Source: Balanoglossus misakiensis (lineage: Eukaryota > Animalia > Hemichordata). Taken from it: DNA of 64,000 bases. Each line of letters opens with the position of its first letter. Position 1 is the first letter of the stretch. Below the pieces are notes generated by a model. It ran no database searches and was not told the origin of the DNA. It saw only the letters and a program-made list of their open reading frames with translations. Positions 30,001 through 40,700 of this stretch are shown one piece after another. Where the stretch lies: contig CM082580.2 of assembly GCA_040954595.2 (NCBI GenBank), positions 9,092,390 through 9,156,389 of the forward strand. Reading direction: 5' to 3'. A program made the translations under genes and the position numbers.

Positions 30001-33000
30001 GAGTAATGGTTTCTCAGGCATGCCTGAGGAGCATCTTCACCGAGAATTGGTTTTTAATAAGAATGTAACAAATCTCCTCGTAACTTTCCTAGCTTCTCTT
30101 GTCGTGTCACCTTTTGTCGTGTCAGGCAGAAATTCCGCTGAGAAGCGCATTTTTTCACTCAAACTACCTCTTAGTGAATCCTTTCGCTTTTATAAAAACA
30201 CCTGACAATTTGGATGATCAGAATGATTTTTCAGCGACTGTATATTCTCACATTCATTGCCCGCCAGGAAGCCAGCAAACTGCCACAATGAACACCAGGA
30301 AACATCCCATTCCTCAAAAGATTTATTTCATCTGTCTCCGAGTCAGAAGTTTAAGCTTACATGACAAAAATCGATCAAACAGACGCAGAGCTTATTGATA
30401 GCACTGTCAACCACAGGAAACTCCAGGCACACATAATCTATTCATATCTTCGCTCCGTCAGGCGCCTGGTGTTCCTCACTTAAAGATCTTAGCCTCAAAC
30501 TATTCTATTTCTGGCGATTAAAAGAATCACCTGTTCACCTGCTCGGGAAGGAGACATTTTTTGTTGTGACCGACAAAAAGTGTTCATGTCTATTAGGTTA
30601 TAGGTTGCACCTAGAGCAAGAATTTCGGTGATGTTCTGTGCTGACTTATAATCTAAGTTGAATTTTAGAAGTCTGGTTTAAAATTAAGGAAATTAAGAAG
30701 AAAAAATCAAAATGCTGGTGAATGCAACATTTTAAAACTTTTGCAAACAGGTATCTGCACGAATTACGTGAACGTTGATTACTCATTGAACCGCAAGAAA
30801 TAATGAGAAAAAAAGAGGAAACTTTGATACAAAAAATGCACAGTTATTGTCTCGTCATCCTTTTTTCACTGATGGTCTTTATATAAGAGATCAACACAGG
30901 CATTGATGAGAAGCACGACAGCTCTATCAATGAAGAAACCATAACTCAGACACACACATGATTAAATTTGATGCTTCAGTCGTCACAGCATTTCAGTTCC
31001 AATCAAAATCACACACAAGAACGAATTAGAAGCAATAATCATTATTCAACGATGACACGCAGGAGCTGGTTCCCTGCGCGCTGGCAAACATTCGCTTTCG
31101 CATTATGCCGCAGTCACAGACACTGCATCCGTATTTTCAACTTTGATATTTGATACGATCGATGGCTCTGGGGTTGCAAGTGCCACTAAACGTACAAATT
31201 CGGATGAAAAATTGCCGAAACATACTTGATATTAATTTCAGTGAGTCCCAGCAAGCATATCGCAAAGTGGAAAATTCACCCGCGGGGTTCTCGCCCACGA
31301 CAAATTTCCAACCGTACCATAAATCCATCTTAAGTGGCCGTTTTGGAAAAGAAAAATGAACCCCAAAAAGAGACAACAGAGAGAATTTGAGTTTTGAAGA
31401 ATCAGCGCAGGTACACTGATGTAACAGTAACCACTGACTTGCCAACAATTGTGACAGGACCTGAATCCAATTGTTGTATCGTTGACTTTTATGAGTTTTT
31501 CAGTGGTTTTCCGGGAGAGATATTGGACAAAATGCTACTTTTCCAGGACTGACTCTGCAGTACTTGTTGAATGTTTTTATGATAAATGAAATTTTACAGA
31601 TTCAGCATAATTTTGGCTGTAGAAATTCTTTCCAGGAGTAAATTTCATCATTTTCAGCCAGAGACCAGAACAACTAGGGCTTGGGAGGGACAAAAGTTGC
31701 CCAACGTGAACCAAACTATTACAGAGCTGTCAGTGAAGTATAGACAACATCTGTCATCAGAAAACATTACTTTTGGTTACTACACTTCTGGCTTGGACTC
31801 ATTCCCTTGATAACCCTGATGAGACTTTCCATCATCAAATTAGAAACTGTCAGGGGTCTCCTGAAACACAGAAAAATATCCTTTTTTGGATGAGAAAAAC
31901 AGAGATTAAGCTTGAATGACTTCATTCAACATGACATTTCATGAAGACAAAAATACACCAGAGATTTGAATGTTTCTGCCATAAATGTGATAAGAATGAG
32001 ATATCAGGGATGCCATTTAATTCGTAATCTTATCACAGTCATTTTAAGCACAACAACTGTAGGGTAATCTATCAAAAGAAATAAAGGGAGCCTTTGTAGA
32101 TGATAATAAAGTGACTTTATTTTGCCAGAAAAAAAACTATATAACTGGAAAAACAAACAAGAACGGTTTACTTAGCAACGGGCATTAAGAAAACTGTCAT
32201 TACTCATTAAAATTAGGTTATATTAAAGGTACACGATCACTGTTATAAATCAACATACAGATACCATGTATACTGGCAACCTTGTCATCCCCCCCCCAAT
32301 ATCTCTTGTTGTCATGGGAACTATATAGAATTTGTTTGTCATGAGAGTGATGAGAGTTATATTGACTTCAAGAAATATATTTTTTTATTTTTTACCTATG
32401 TCACTATGATATAATGCATTGTTTATTGAATTGAGGCACCATGGGATAATAAAAAAAAGATTGGATATTTTAAAACTATATATCAATCTGTTCTTAGCTT
32501 AGCTGGTCTTCTCATTTTGCGCAAGGCATTGTGGGTAATAATGGAAATATATGGATGATTTCATTTACCTATTTCAAACAGATTGTCAGTATACTAAATC
32601 GAAAATTAAATATTATTTTTAACATAAGTAAAAAAGATCTAACATTTTGTGTGAGAAAAAGAAGACATTGTGTATCATTGTTATGCTAATGAGCCAGGCA
32701 AGTGCAGATGATGGCCAACCCAATATGGTTTAATACCTAGGGCACTTAATTCATGTGCAAAGTAACAGTATCTATTCACGTGGGTTGAATTCCGGGAATT
32801 AATACATCTGACGGAACAGGATGTTGGATTTGAATAATATTGAATGATAGCTTTGATGGCCTTTGGAAAGTTACCTAGCTCTAGGGAAATCTGGTTTGGA
32901 ACAAACACTGTGACTTCAATGTAGAGCTTGAGTAAAAAATCTGAAGATAGTGTGTCATTTGTAGGGAAGTATCTGCATTACAGCCTGAAAACCTAGCTGT

Positions 33001-34789
33001 CACATGTCTGCAAACATAAAAACTGTCACAGTCAATTGCTCTCAGTTTTGATAAATAAAAAAATGACCCAAATAAATGCAAAATGGATAACCAAACGACC
33101 GTAATGCCCTATTTTTAAAGTTTAATGATTGGGAAAATCCACCTGACGTGGCGGGGGTTCATATAAAGTTTGATTGGAAAGTGTATCTATCCTTGCAGTT
33201 CGGGTTGCAAGCTCAGAGCTTCCATGATTACCCGAGTGATCAATTATTTTTTTTATCCAGACAACATAATCACTGACCCAGGTGTACTGTCGATGCCTCA
33301 GCCATGAATCACTCGCATAACTGTCAAAACACACGCAATGTTGAGGTCAGACATTTATTGGAATAAGCCTTTACATACATGATTAATAGCACTTTTCAAT
33401 TTGCAAAAGAAAAGAAAAAGATAATCAACCCGGAAATCTTGCATAAGTTGGGAGATAGAGGCTGATAATACTAATGCTTATATACTGCAGCAAACAATTT
33501 CTGATCAAATTTCTACATTAAACAATGTAACTTTATCTAAAGTAACATAAATAATGTTATTCTGAACATAAACTTATCTTCCAAAAGTTGAAAAAAACGA
33601 TGTACATATTGCTTTTGCCTAGTAATTGATATAAAGAGTCGATACAGAAACTGTAATCTTTAATATTTTTACCTTTCACTTCAAGTTTTTCACTGCATTA
33701 ATCAGTTACAGAAGAGAACAACTTCAACATTTAGAGGGGAAACCAGTACGATTTTTTTTCTGCATAACTTTCACTTCACAGTGTCTATTTCAGTCATATC
33801 ATTGTAAAAAAGTAACTTCATGATAGTGGACAGACAAAACTTTAGCCTTAATCATCCCTTTCTTTATATATAATCTTTATAAATTACCCCAAAATAGATT
33901 GTATCAAATGATATCTGCCTTGTTTGGCTTTCAGTTACACTTAAATAAATACTATAAATCTGTAAAATACTTGATTGACATATCATTGGTGCCACGTTTT
34001 CACACATTTCAAGTGGTACCCAATCTGATTAAAATCAGATGTAGGGACCCACGTCGCCGTTCCCTACATCTGATTTTAATCAGATTGAGTGGTACCGTCA
34101 TTTGTCTAGTTTACGTGATTGACTTTGTCTCGTCTTAAAATCACTGAATATAGCTTTCTTTTCAGCAAAATAAAATATGAATAGAAACGGATCTGCAGTA
34201 CATACACCAAGTCCAGGTCCTAGCAAATCACTTGAAATGAACACATCATAATAATTATACAATAGGCCTACGTGATTGCCGCGCGGCAGTTGTCAATGAA
34301 AACAACGTAGAAACCACGGTACGGGTTGAATATTCAAACGCTTTCGACTCTCAAAATATTCTGTATGATGTGTCAAATAACGAATGAGTGTTAGCCATAC
34401 TGTCTGGAATCGCTTCTTGTTTGACACACCATTTTTTCCGCAATCCTTTTCCGAGAGATCCATCAGATGTATGAGCGCCGCGCCGCAGCCGATCTGCCGG
34501 ATTCGATCACCGCGGCTACGCGCTACACATTTTGCGGTCGACGCGGCTGATTCTGCCGCGCGCCGATAATAGCTCGCCCATCATCGCTGGCCCACCAGAA
34601 AATGTAAACCGAGAAGCCCCGGGGCTCTACGTGCATCGTACATGGGAATCGAATCTGTCTGTGAGTCGAAGGGATCTTATGAGAATAAACTACAAATCCC
34701 CGAACATCTGATACCGATGATGGAGGAAAACGTTGGCAACCACTCAGATCAACTCACCGTTTATCCAGACATGTTATCCATTCGGCCAT
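47..34789 (-). CDS. RAPGEF4: Epac / Rap guanine nucleotide exchange factor 4-like (CNBD-A, DEP, CNBD-B, REM); spliced, 3'-partial (continues beyond the left edge)
   Basis: Exons in transcript order: 34789-34758 ([11 protein letters not shown]), 12484-12342, 11045-10957, 10733-10587, 10081-9997, 9874-9747, 5815-5753, 4922-4694, 4447-4264, 3951-3806, 3612-3389, 3186-3080, 1704-1546, 1127-977, 184-47. All phases join in frame; introns are GT-AG except one AT-AC. Peptides [44 protein letters not shown] (DEP), [19 protein letters not shown] (cAMP pocket), [17 protein letters not shown] and [10 protein letters not shown] (REM) match Epac2 as I recall it. Probably the single pro-orthologue of vertebrate RAPGEF3/4. 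Confidence 0.95.
1128..1545 (-). other. U12-type (minor spliceosome) AT-AC intron in Epac
   Basis: On the minus strand the 5' splice site is CA|ATATCCTTT (starting 1545), the branch site is TCCTTGAC (1146-1139) and the 3' end is AC|TTATCAT (1129-1128). Splicing gives PALMSHYHAK in frame, matching Epac2 PALVAHYHAQ. Confidence 0.93.
4990..5122. mobile_element. Small degenerate MITE-like inverted-repeat element in an Epac intron
   Basis: The left end (TA)CTGTAAAACAGGAAATTTTC resembles the reverse complement of the right end, CTGTAAACAAGGAAATTCTC. TA is present on the left flank only. Confidence 0.45.
9350..9478. repeat. Degenerate tandem repeat, 3 copies, period about 50 bp
   Basis: TTTTGTTTTTAT(A/G)TGAAATTGACT occurs three times with related spacers. 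Confidence 0.8.
16791..17230 (-). promoter_or_regulatory. Candidate internal promoter / alternative first exon of Epac
   Basis: Local CpG-rich patch with a YY1-like AAAATGGCAGCG near 17000. An ATG at 16840 reads [16 protein letters not shown] to a phase-2 GA|GTAACT donor at 16791, compatible with exon 12484-12342. Confidence 0.4.
21285..21420. repeat. Degenerate ~31-bp tandem repeat rich in TGATTGGC
   Basis: GGCTAA(A/G)ATCTGG(T/C)CAGGGCAGTCATTGATT is repeated about 2.5 times, preceded by further TCACTGATTGGC copies. Confidence 0.75.
28742..29102. mobile_element. MITE with TTAA target-site duplication and long degenerate inverted arms (Kolobok/T2-like)
   Basis: TTAA|AGGGACAAAGT ... ACTTTGTCCCT|TTAA. 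Internal arms also pair: TCAGTTCACTGAAATATGCTCAAA with TTTGAGCATATATCATTGAACAGA, and CAACTTGCACCCTATGT with ACATAGGGTGTGAGTTG. Confidence 0.75.
34021..34087. mobile_element. 67-bp fold-back micro-element with perfect 27-bp inverted arms and a 9-bp direct flanking repeat
   Basis: CAATCTGATTAAAATCAGATGTAGGGA (34021-34047), a 13-nt spacer, then its exact reverse complement (34061-34087). AGTGGTACC flanks it at 34012-34020 and 34088-34096. Confidence 0.8.
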
Positions 34790-35110
34790 CTACGCTGCTA
34801 GGCGAAGCTGCTCCGCTCCCGAGTCACGTTACCCGTGCCGAGCTCGTGATCTGCGATGAAATTGTGTACCTGTCTCGTATGCACGCTGAATTAGCAAATC
34901 GGTCGTATTTTCTTCCGATTTAGCACGCCGGCTCGAGGAGGAGAAACCACTGCACACAATCACAGCCTAGCCTCACCACTACGCAGTGACAGATGTCTCC
35001 TATGTTTCTGCGTCCTGCACTGATAAACACGGCAGTGATGAAGGGTCGGAACATGACTGACAAGCGAAACTCCGCCCACCAAGAGCATGAAAAAGAGCCG
35101 AGCGCTCAAT
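34460..35110 (-). promoter_or_regulatory. CpG-rich promoter / first-exon region of Epac
   Basis: Marked CpG and GC enrichment over the AT-rich background around the first coding exon (34789-34758). The TSS cannot be placed. Confidence 0.55.
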
Positions 35111-37639
35111 GAGTCTTCTGTATTTTTCTTTCTTTTCCGAATTTCGTTAGCTTGAATTCGCATAATGTAAATTATCAAACATATTTAGCCGAATGCTTAA
35201 ATTTTTACGGTTATTCAAGCGCTTTTTCGTATTTGTATAAAAGTAGCCTTGTTTTGTAGGAAAGTCCGATGTTATTTCAAACCGCCACGTTTCTTTCTCA
35301 CGGTCATACGTAAACTTTAATTAAACATTATTAATATGAAAAATTCAGATCTAGTCAATCACAGATTTTCACTTGGTTGGCCATGCGAAAAAAAAGTGTC
35401 CGGCATATAGGTATAACCTCGCGAGTTTTCCATTATACTTGATTCACTTTTAAAATAAAATATTCGATATTAGACCTACCCTATTTCATGTATAAAAAAT
35501 CATCAAGGCAAAACTTTTAGCCCAAATTGTGAGCGTTCAGCGCTAAACAACTAAACCTATGTCAGCACATTGTCTGTCCCTCTGTATGTCCTTGTGTGTG
35601 GGTGTGTGTAGGCCTATGTGTGACGCATGGAGAAAAGCGTAACACGTCGTCGAGGATAAGCTGTGAGCCAAACTGTGTCAGTCACATTGATATTTCCGCT
35701 GTGTTCTTTTCATTAATTAAGCAGCAGGCTGTTTAGTAAGACATATGTTATAGTTAATACACCTTTATCTATGTGTGACCAGTCAAAAGATGTTCTTCGA
35801 CATGTACATGTAATTCATTCCAAGTTGTGTGCGGCTGCTGTTGACAGAATTCATCATAAGTCATGTGGAACTTTTTCGAGTTTTGGGACAGATAGGATTT
35901 GCCGACTGGTCTTTTCTATCTTTTTTTTAGATTTAACGTGCATGATTAAGTCTTATTCTGATCAACGTGGACCACTAAAAGTTTTGCTACGTGTTTTATC
36001 CCCATTAATTCCTGTTGAAAAAAACGGGTGGGCGGTAGGAAATAGGTGGGTTATACATATACTCTTTATTTGAGTAATGTGCTATTTTACATCGTTGACA
36101 AAAATGACGTATGTACTATAAGCTTATTAGCTTCCCACGTGAGTAGAGAGTTTAACTGAAACTCTATTTGAAAAACTGCCAGCGGATTATAAACCTACTC
36201 ACCTTGGAGATTTTAATCTCTGGTCTAACATCTTCCTTTTACCTGTTGATATGTACTTTTGTATGGTTTTGAAGCAGTGGGGAGGTAAAATTGCATACCG
36301 TACCAGGTACCGACTATAATCTATAGAAAACTTTTAAATCGTTCAAACGCAATGCAACAGTAACAACTTTCACATTTCGGTGCTTACTGCAGGTTCCGTT
36401 ATTTTTTAGACAATTCTACCTCTCAAAATGTTGCTACACAAGTATCTCCAGCGAAATCGTCCCCCGGTAACTTTTTTCCTCGGCGTTACTCACGGACAGA
36501 CTATAACAGAATATAAAATGGATAGGCCGAAAGTTCTATTTTTCAGTAAAGAGTGAAAGCGTCAGCTTCAGGGAGCACAGGCGCTTGTGATCATGACAAC
36601 TTCTGGGTTGGAGAGTGGTACTGTACTAGAGCGCATGATACAACCAGAAAACACCGCACAGGAGGTGGACCACTTTTTAAAAATGTCTAGCCGATGTAAT
36701 TCTTTTCAAACTTGTCTTGTCACTATGACCACGATCACTCCTTGCTAAAGCTATACAGTAAGTAGGGAAAACGTGTAAAGTTACTTGTACGCAAGTACTC
36801 TGCCACAACATCAACAGCGCCCTCAAGTTGTTAAAAAGTTGACTTGGTGTACTAGTACGCATATGTTTGTGGAAAACTAAATCATTTTAAGCTGGCTATA
36901 TGTTCTTTTAAAAGAAAACTCGGGAGAAAAAATCATTAAAACGGTAACTGAACTTGTTATAATTTGACTGTGGCCGGGAGAATGGACCTGGCCTTGGTGC
37001 AGCGAAAACAGAAGAGCTCAGTCGAAAAATCGTCTGAGCCTCCCAAAAAGAAGACCAGGTCGGAAGCCAGGCATATGTGGTGACGGCTACGTCACATAAC
37101 TTACTTTTGAGAGGGGTATTCAGACATTTTACACCAGAAAAGAGGCATATATTGATCCCAGTGTACGATCATCTGGGCCGACGTCGAGACCCCGCAAATC
37201 TCAGCCCCTTTTGTATAAAAGTGAACTTTATTATCATAATAGTTTATGTAATATCTTTTCAGGTATTTATTCCCAACCAAAAGAGACAAGGTTATCGATA
37301 GCAGAAGATAATGTATTTCATCTGATGCCGGCTAAACTACAGGCCAAATGTGAATGGCCCAGTGAAACAGGTGGTCGCCCGTCTCCATATCTCCCACGCA
37401 GTATGTACACTGTATAAGCCAGTAACAAGCTTGTATGTGTAAGACTATTGCGCCTTCTAAAACCTGACCCCGAACTCGTTTTCGGGCAAATAATAATGGA
37501 ATTTAAACAATTAGATGCTTCTTTCTTTTTCTGTCCTAAATAGTAACAATATTCCATTCCAAGAGAGAGAAAAAAGAAAGTATTTAAGGCTAAAAGAGAA
37601 AGTATAATGTACTGGGTCAGAAGTTCAACTCGTGAACGA

Positions 37640-37799
37640 GCCTACTTCCGGTAAAATTATAAACATGGCGGATTGGGTTTTGAGGAAGTACGAAACCAAG
37701 TGTAGCTGAACATGAAATAACTGCGTAGAGAAAAACTACGTCTTGCTGCGTGCAAATGATGGACTATTCCATTACCAAGAAGGCACATTTACAAGCATG
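37640..37799 (+). promoter_or_regulatory. Probable SNX13 promoter and 5'UTR exon with ETS- and YY1-like motifs
   Basis: ACTTCCGG (37644-37651) and AACATGGCGG (37662-37671), typical of housekeeping promoters. The exon ends ATG|GTGAGT, a consensus donor. Confidence 0.55.
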
Positions 37800-40700
37800 G
37801 TGAGTGATTTCCTTCCTATCGACAAGAATCTCGTCATTTCTGGAGGAATTTCGTATGCTCTCTCTGCGATCAGCCAGTCACTCTTCACTCTCACTGCATT
37901 GACACAGTCGTCGTCATGTGAACGGTTTGCGATGTCTTGCAAATTGTGCCTTAATAACAGTAACAATGTCAGTGAGGTGACGTTGGAAAAGAAAACGTGA
38001 CATTTCCTAAACTGACTCCGTAACTTGTGTCGATACAGTGCTGATATGATAGTTTACTGACACGTCAATATTGTGTTACGTGTACGTGTATATTTCTCAT
38101 GTTTATACGTGTACTGTTGAACCATTTGAACATTTTGCATTTTACCATTCTGTTAAAAATCGCTCATCATCAGTTGTTGACCCATCAACATTGCCACATC
38201 CTGTGACCATCAGAATTTGTTTACTTCATAGATGGTGTAATTATGTATACACTGCTGTAAGGACAGACTGTGAGAATAAATTTAATATTATAATATGAAG
38301 TGTAGGGATGTATGTCAATATGAGAAAAAAATGCAGGGATGTTACTGTGTGGTTGACTGGTGTGTGTGTATACAGACTCATATCAGTGTGATCAGTGGAG
38401 CTTGATGTAAACATACAAAGGGGGCGTGTCAAAAGTCCGGCTATGGTATCCCTATGGTTGGGTCACAAGTGTTAAGTTTGGCTCTCACAGATGAGTAATG
38501 TAGTGGTTTTGTTTACACCACAAATAAAGTACGTCAGCAGTTGGTGGTGGTATGATCCAAGAATCTCTCTTGATACAAATATATCAAATCTAATTTTTAG
38601 ACAACAGAAGATTTTATCGGCAGTCTAAATTAAGAAAAAGAAATTTTGTGAATACCTGTGTTGCCAATCAGGTGGAAAAGAAACTGCTTGTTGAGTTGAG
38701 GACAAGTGACTTTTTCCTGTTGTTCCTGTTGACACAGCAGTAATAATTTATAGCAGACAGAACTTGGCTAAAGCTTACATGTAAGAGTTAAAAGGGGGTG
38801 GATACCGTAATTTCTATTGTTAGAGCTATTTATAGGATAGATTTCAGTCCACGCAGAGAGTGTGAGACACCTCTTATGGGGCCGTTGCATGCGCTCATAT
38901 TTGAGTGCACATAGTACCACAAGTGTGAGGATGTGTATTTCTTGGTGGAAATGGTGAAAGTTAGCCAGTATGATAAGATTTTGTTCAGGATTTTGCCAGA
39001 GAGGTTACGGGACACTCTCAAGCAGGTAAGACTGAGATTGTGCAACCACTTCAAATCTACAGTCATACTGGGTAATTTTTCCCAACTGCAGCTGGTTCAT
39101 TCCGTCTTACCCAGTGACGCTGCATATGATACATATGGCAACATATACATGTATATAGCAATCATTATCCTCTTTTTATCAGTTGTTAATACGTCTATTT
39201 TAAAAAAGGTGACATTTTGCCACAAGATAGATTTCGCATTTGTCCTTTTATGCACCTACTGATATTGTCATAAACATTTCTGTATGTCTGTTAATTATGC
39301 AGTGTATCAAGTCATAATGTGGATGATGTTTGTACCTATATACTGAGTGATTACATAATTGTATCACACTTTTAATTAAGTTCTCATCCATTTTGATGGT
39401 ATCGTTTTCCAAAAAAGGTATTGTATGAACATTTCATGAAGATACAGTGGGTGTATAATAATAGGGTTGATACACAAAATATGGCCATGTACATACTCGA
39501 ACATTGTAGGATATATATTGCAGGATATAAGTGAAAGGGCCATTCATTTTTTCATGTGTAGCAACTTGTCTTTATCCTGTGTCCTTTCTAAATTTATCAG
39601 TTTGGTATTTTTAATTATTCATATATGTTTATCTTGACCTTTAGTCGACATAATTTGCAAAGTATCCCACTCCCAACAAGTGAGACATGCTGGGTGGTAA
39701 TTCATTTATAGAGTCTTCATAGTACACACATATTTTGTTGACTAAACGTGAATCCTCGCCATAAAAACATTCAGATAAACATTTCTTAAAACATTTCTGT
39801 TTTTTTTCAGGATGAGGTGAAGACATATGGCTGGGGTATTCTGTTCCTCATCTTGTTCTTTACCACTTTTGGATTCTGTGCTCCAGTTTATTTACTGGTT
39901 TACGTGATCACATTGATTGTTGGGTAAGTAGGGCATTTACCAATGGATTGCCTGATTCTTGCCACATTTGTTCAGCTTTTCTTGATTTCTCCAATTCTCA
40001 TCATTCAGTTTTCCAAGGAAGGTCAGAGGTCATTGACATTGATTGACATTCACATCTGTGACACCATCATGTATCGCACAATGCAACAGCATGGTACAGG
40101 GATGGGCAGATATGATATATGTATGATATGATATGATATATGCACGTAGTGTTTATTCTCAGGGTTGCAGTTTATCATCTTTCAATTTAAAAGATATAAA
40201 ACTCAATTTTGAGAAAGTACTGTTTTAATCAAAAGTAATTGGAGTACAACAGAAGTACATGTAGTATGTGCACAGTAGCCATCATAGCTCCTGTGGTAAA
40301 ACGTATTATTATTCCTTCGCATGTATATCATCTACCCCATTTTCAATTCTCTCTCCCTCTGATTGGTGAATTCGACAGGTGTGGGATCATTGCGTACAAG
40401 TATGGCTGCTTGCAGTCTGACAAGATACTGGAAACGGTGACAGAGTTTAGCCACCTGCCGTACCCGAAACCAGGATTGCAAAAGGTGGGTGTTCTTCAGT
40501 TGTCATGGAACGCAAACATGATGAATTATGATCATGCGTGTGTGCGTTCTGAAAAGCGAGATGCCATCAATCACAACATTGCATTTAGCTCTCTCACCTT
40601 GCCTTGAGGAATGCCACAGATGTTGACAACATGCACACGTACAGGCCAGGTGAAAACACTAAATATGTTACCGTAAGTTCGTAACCTGTTAAAGCAGACA

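Noticed and set aside
31812-31858. Hammerhead-ribozyme-like CTGATGA...GAAAC..TC string
   Set aside because: Stem II cannot form and stem I pairing is out of register; at most a decayed relic.
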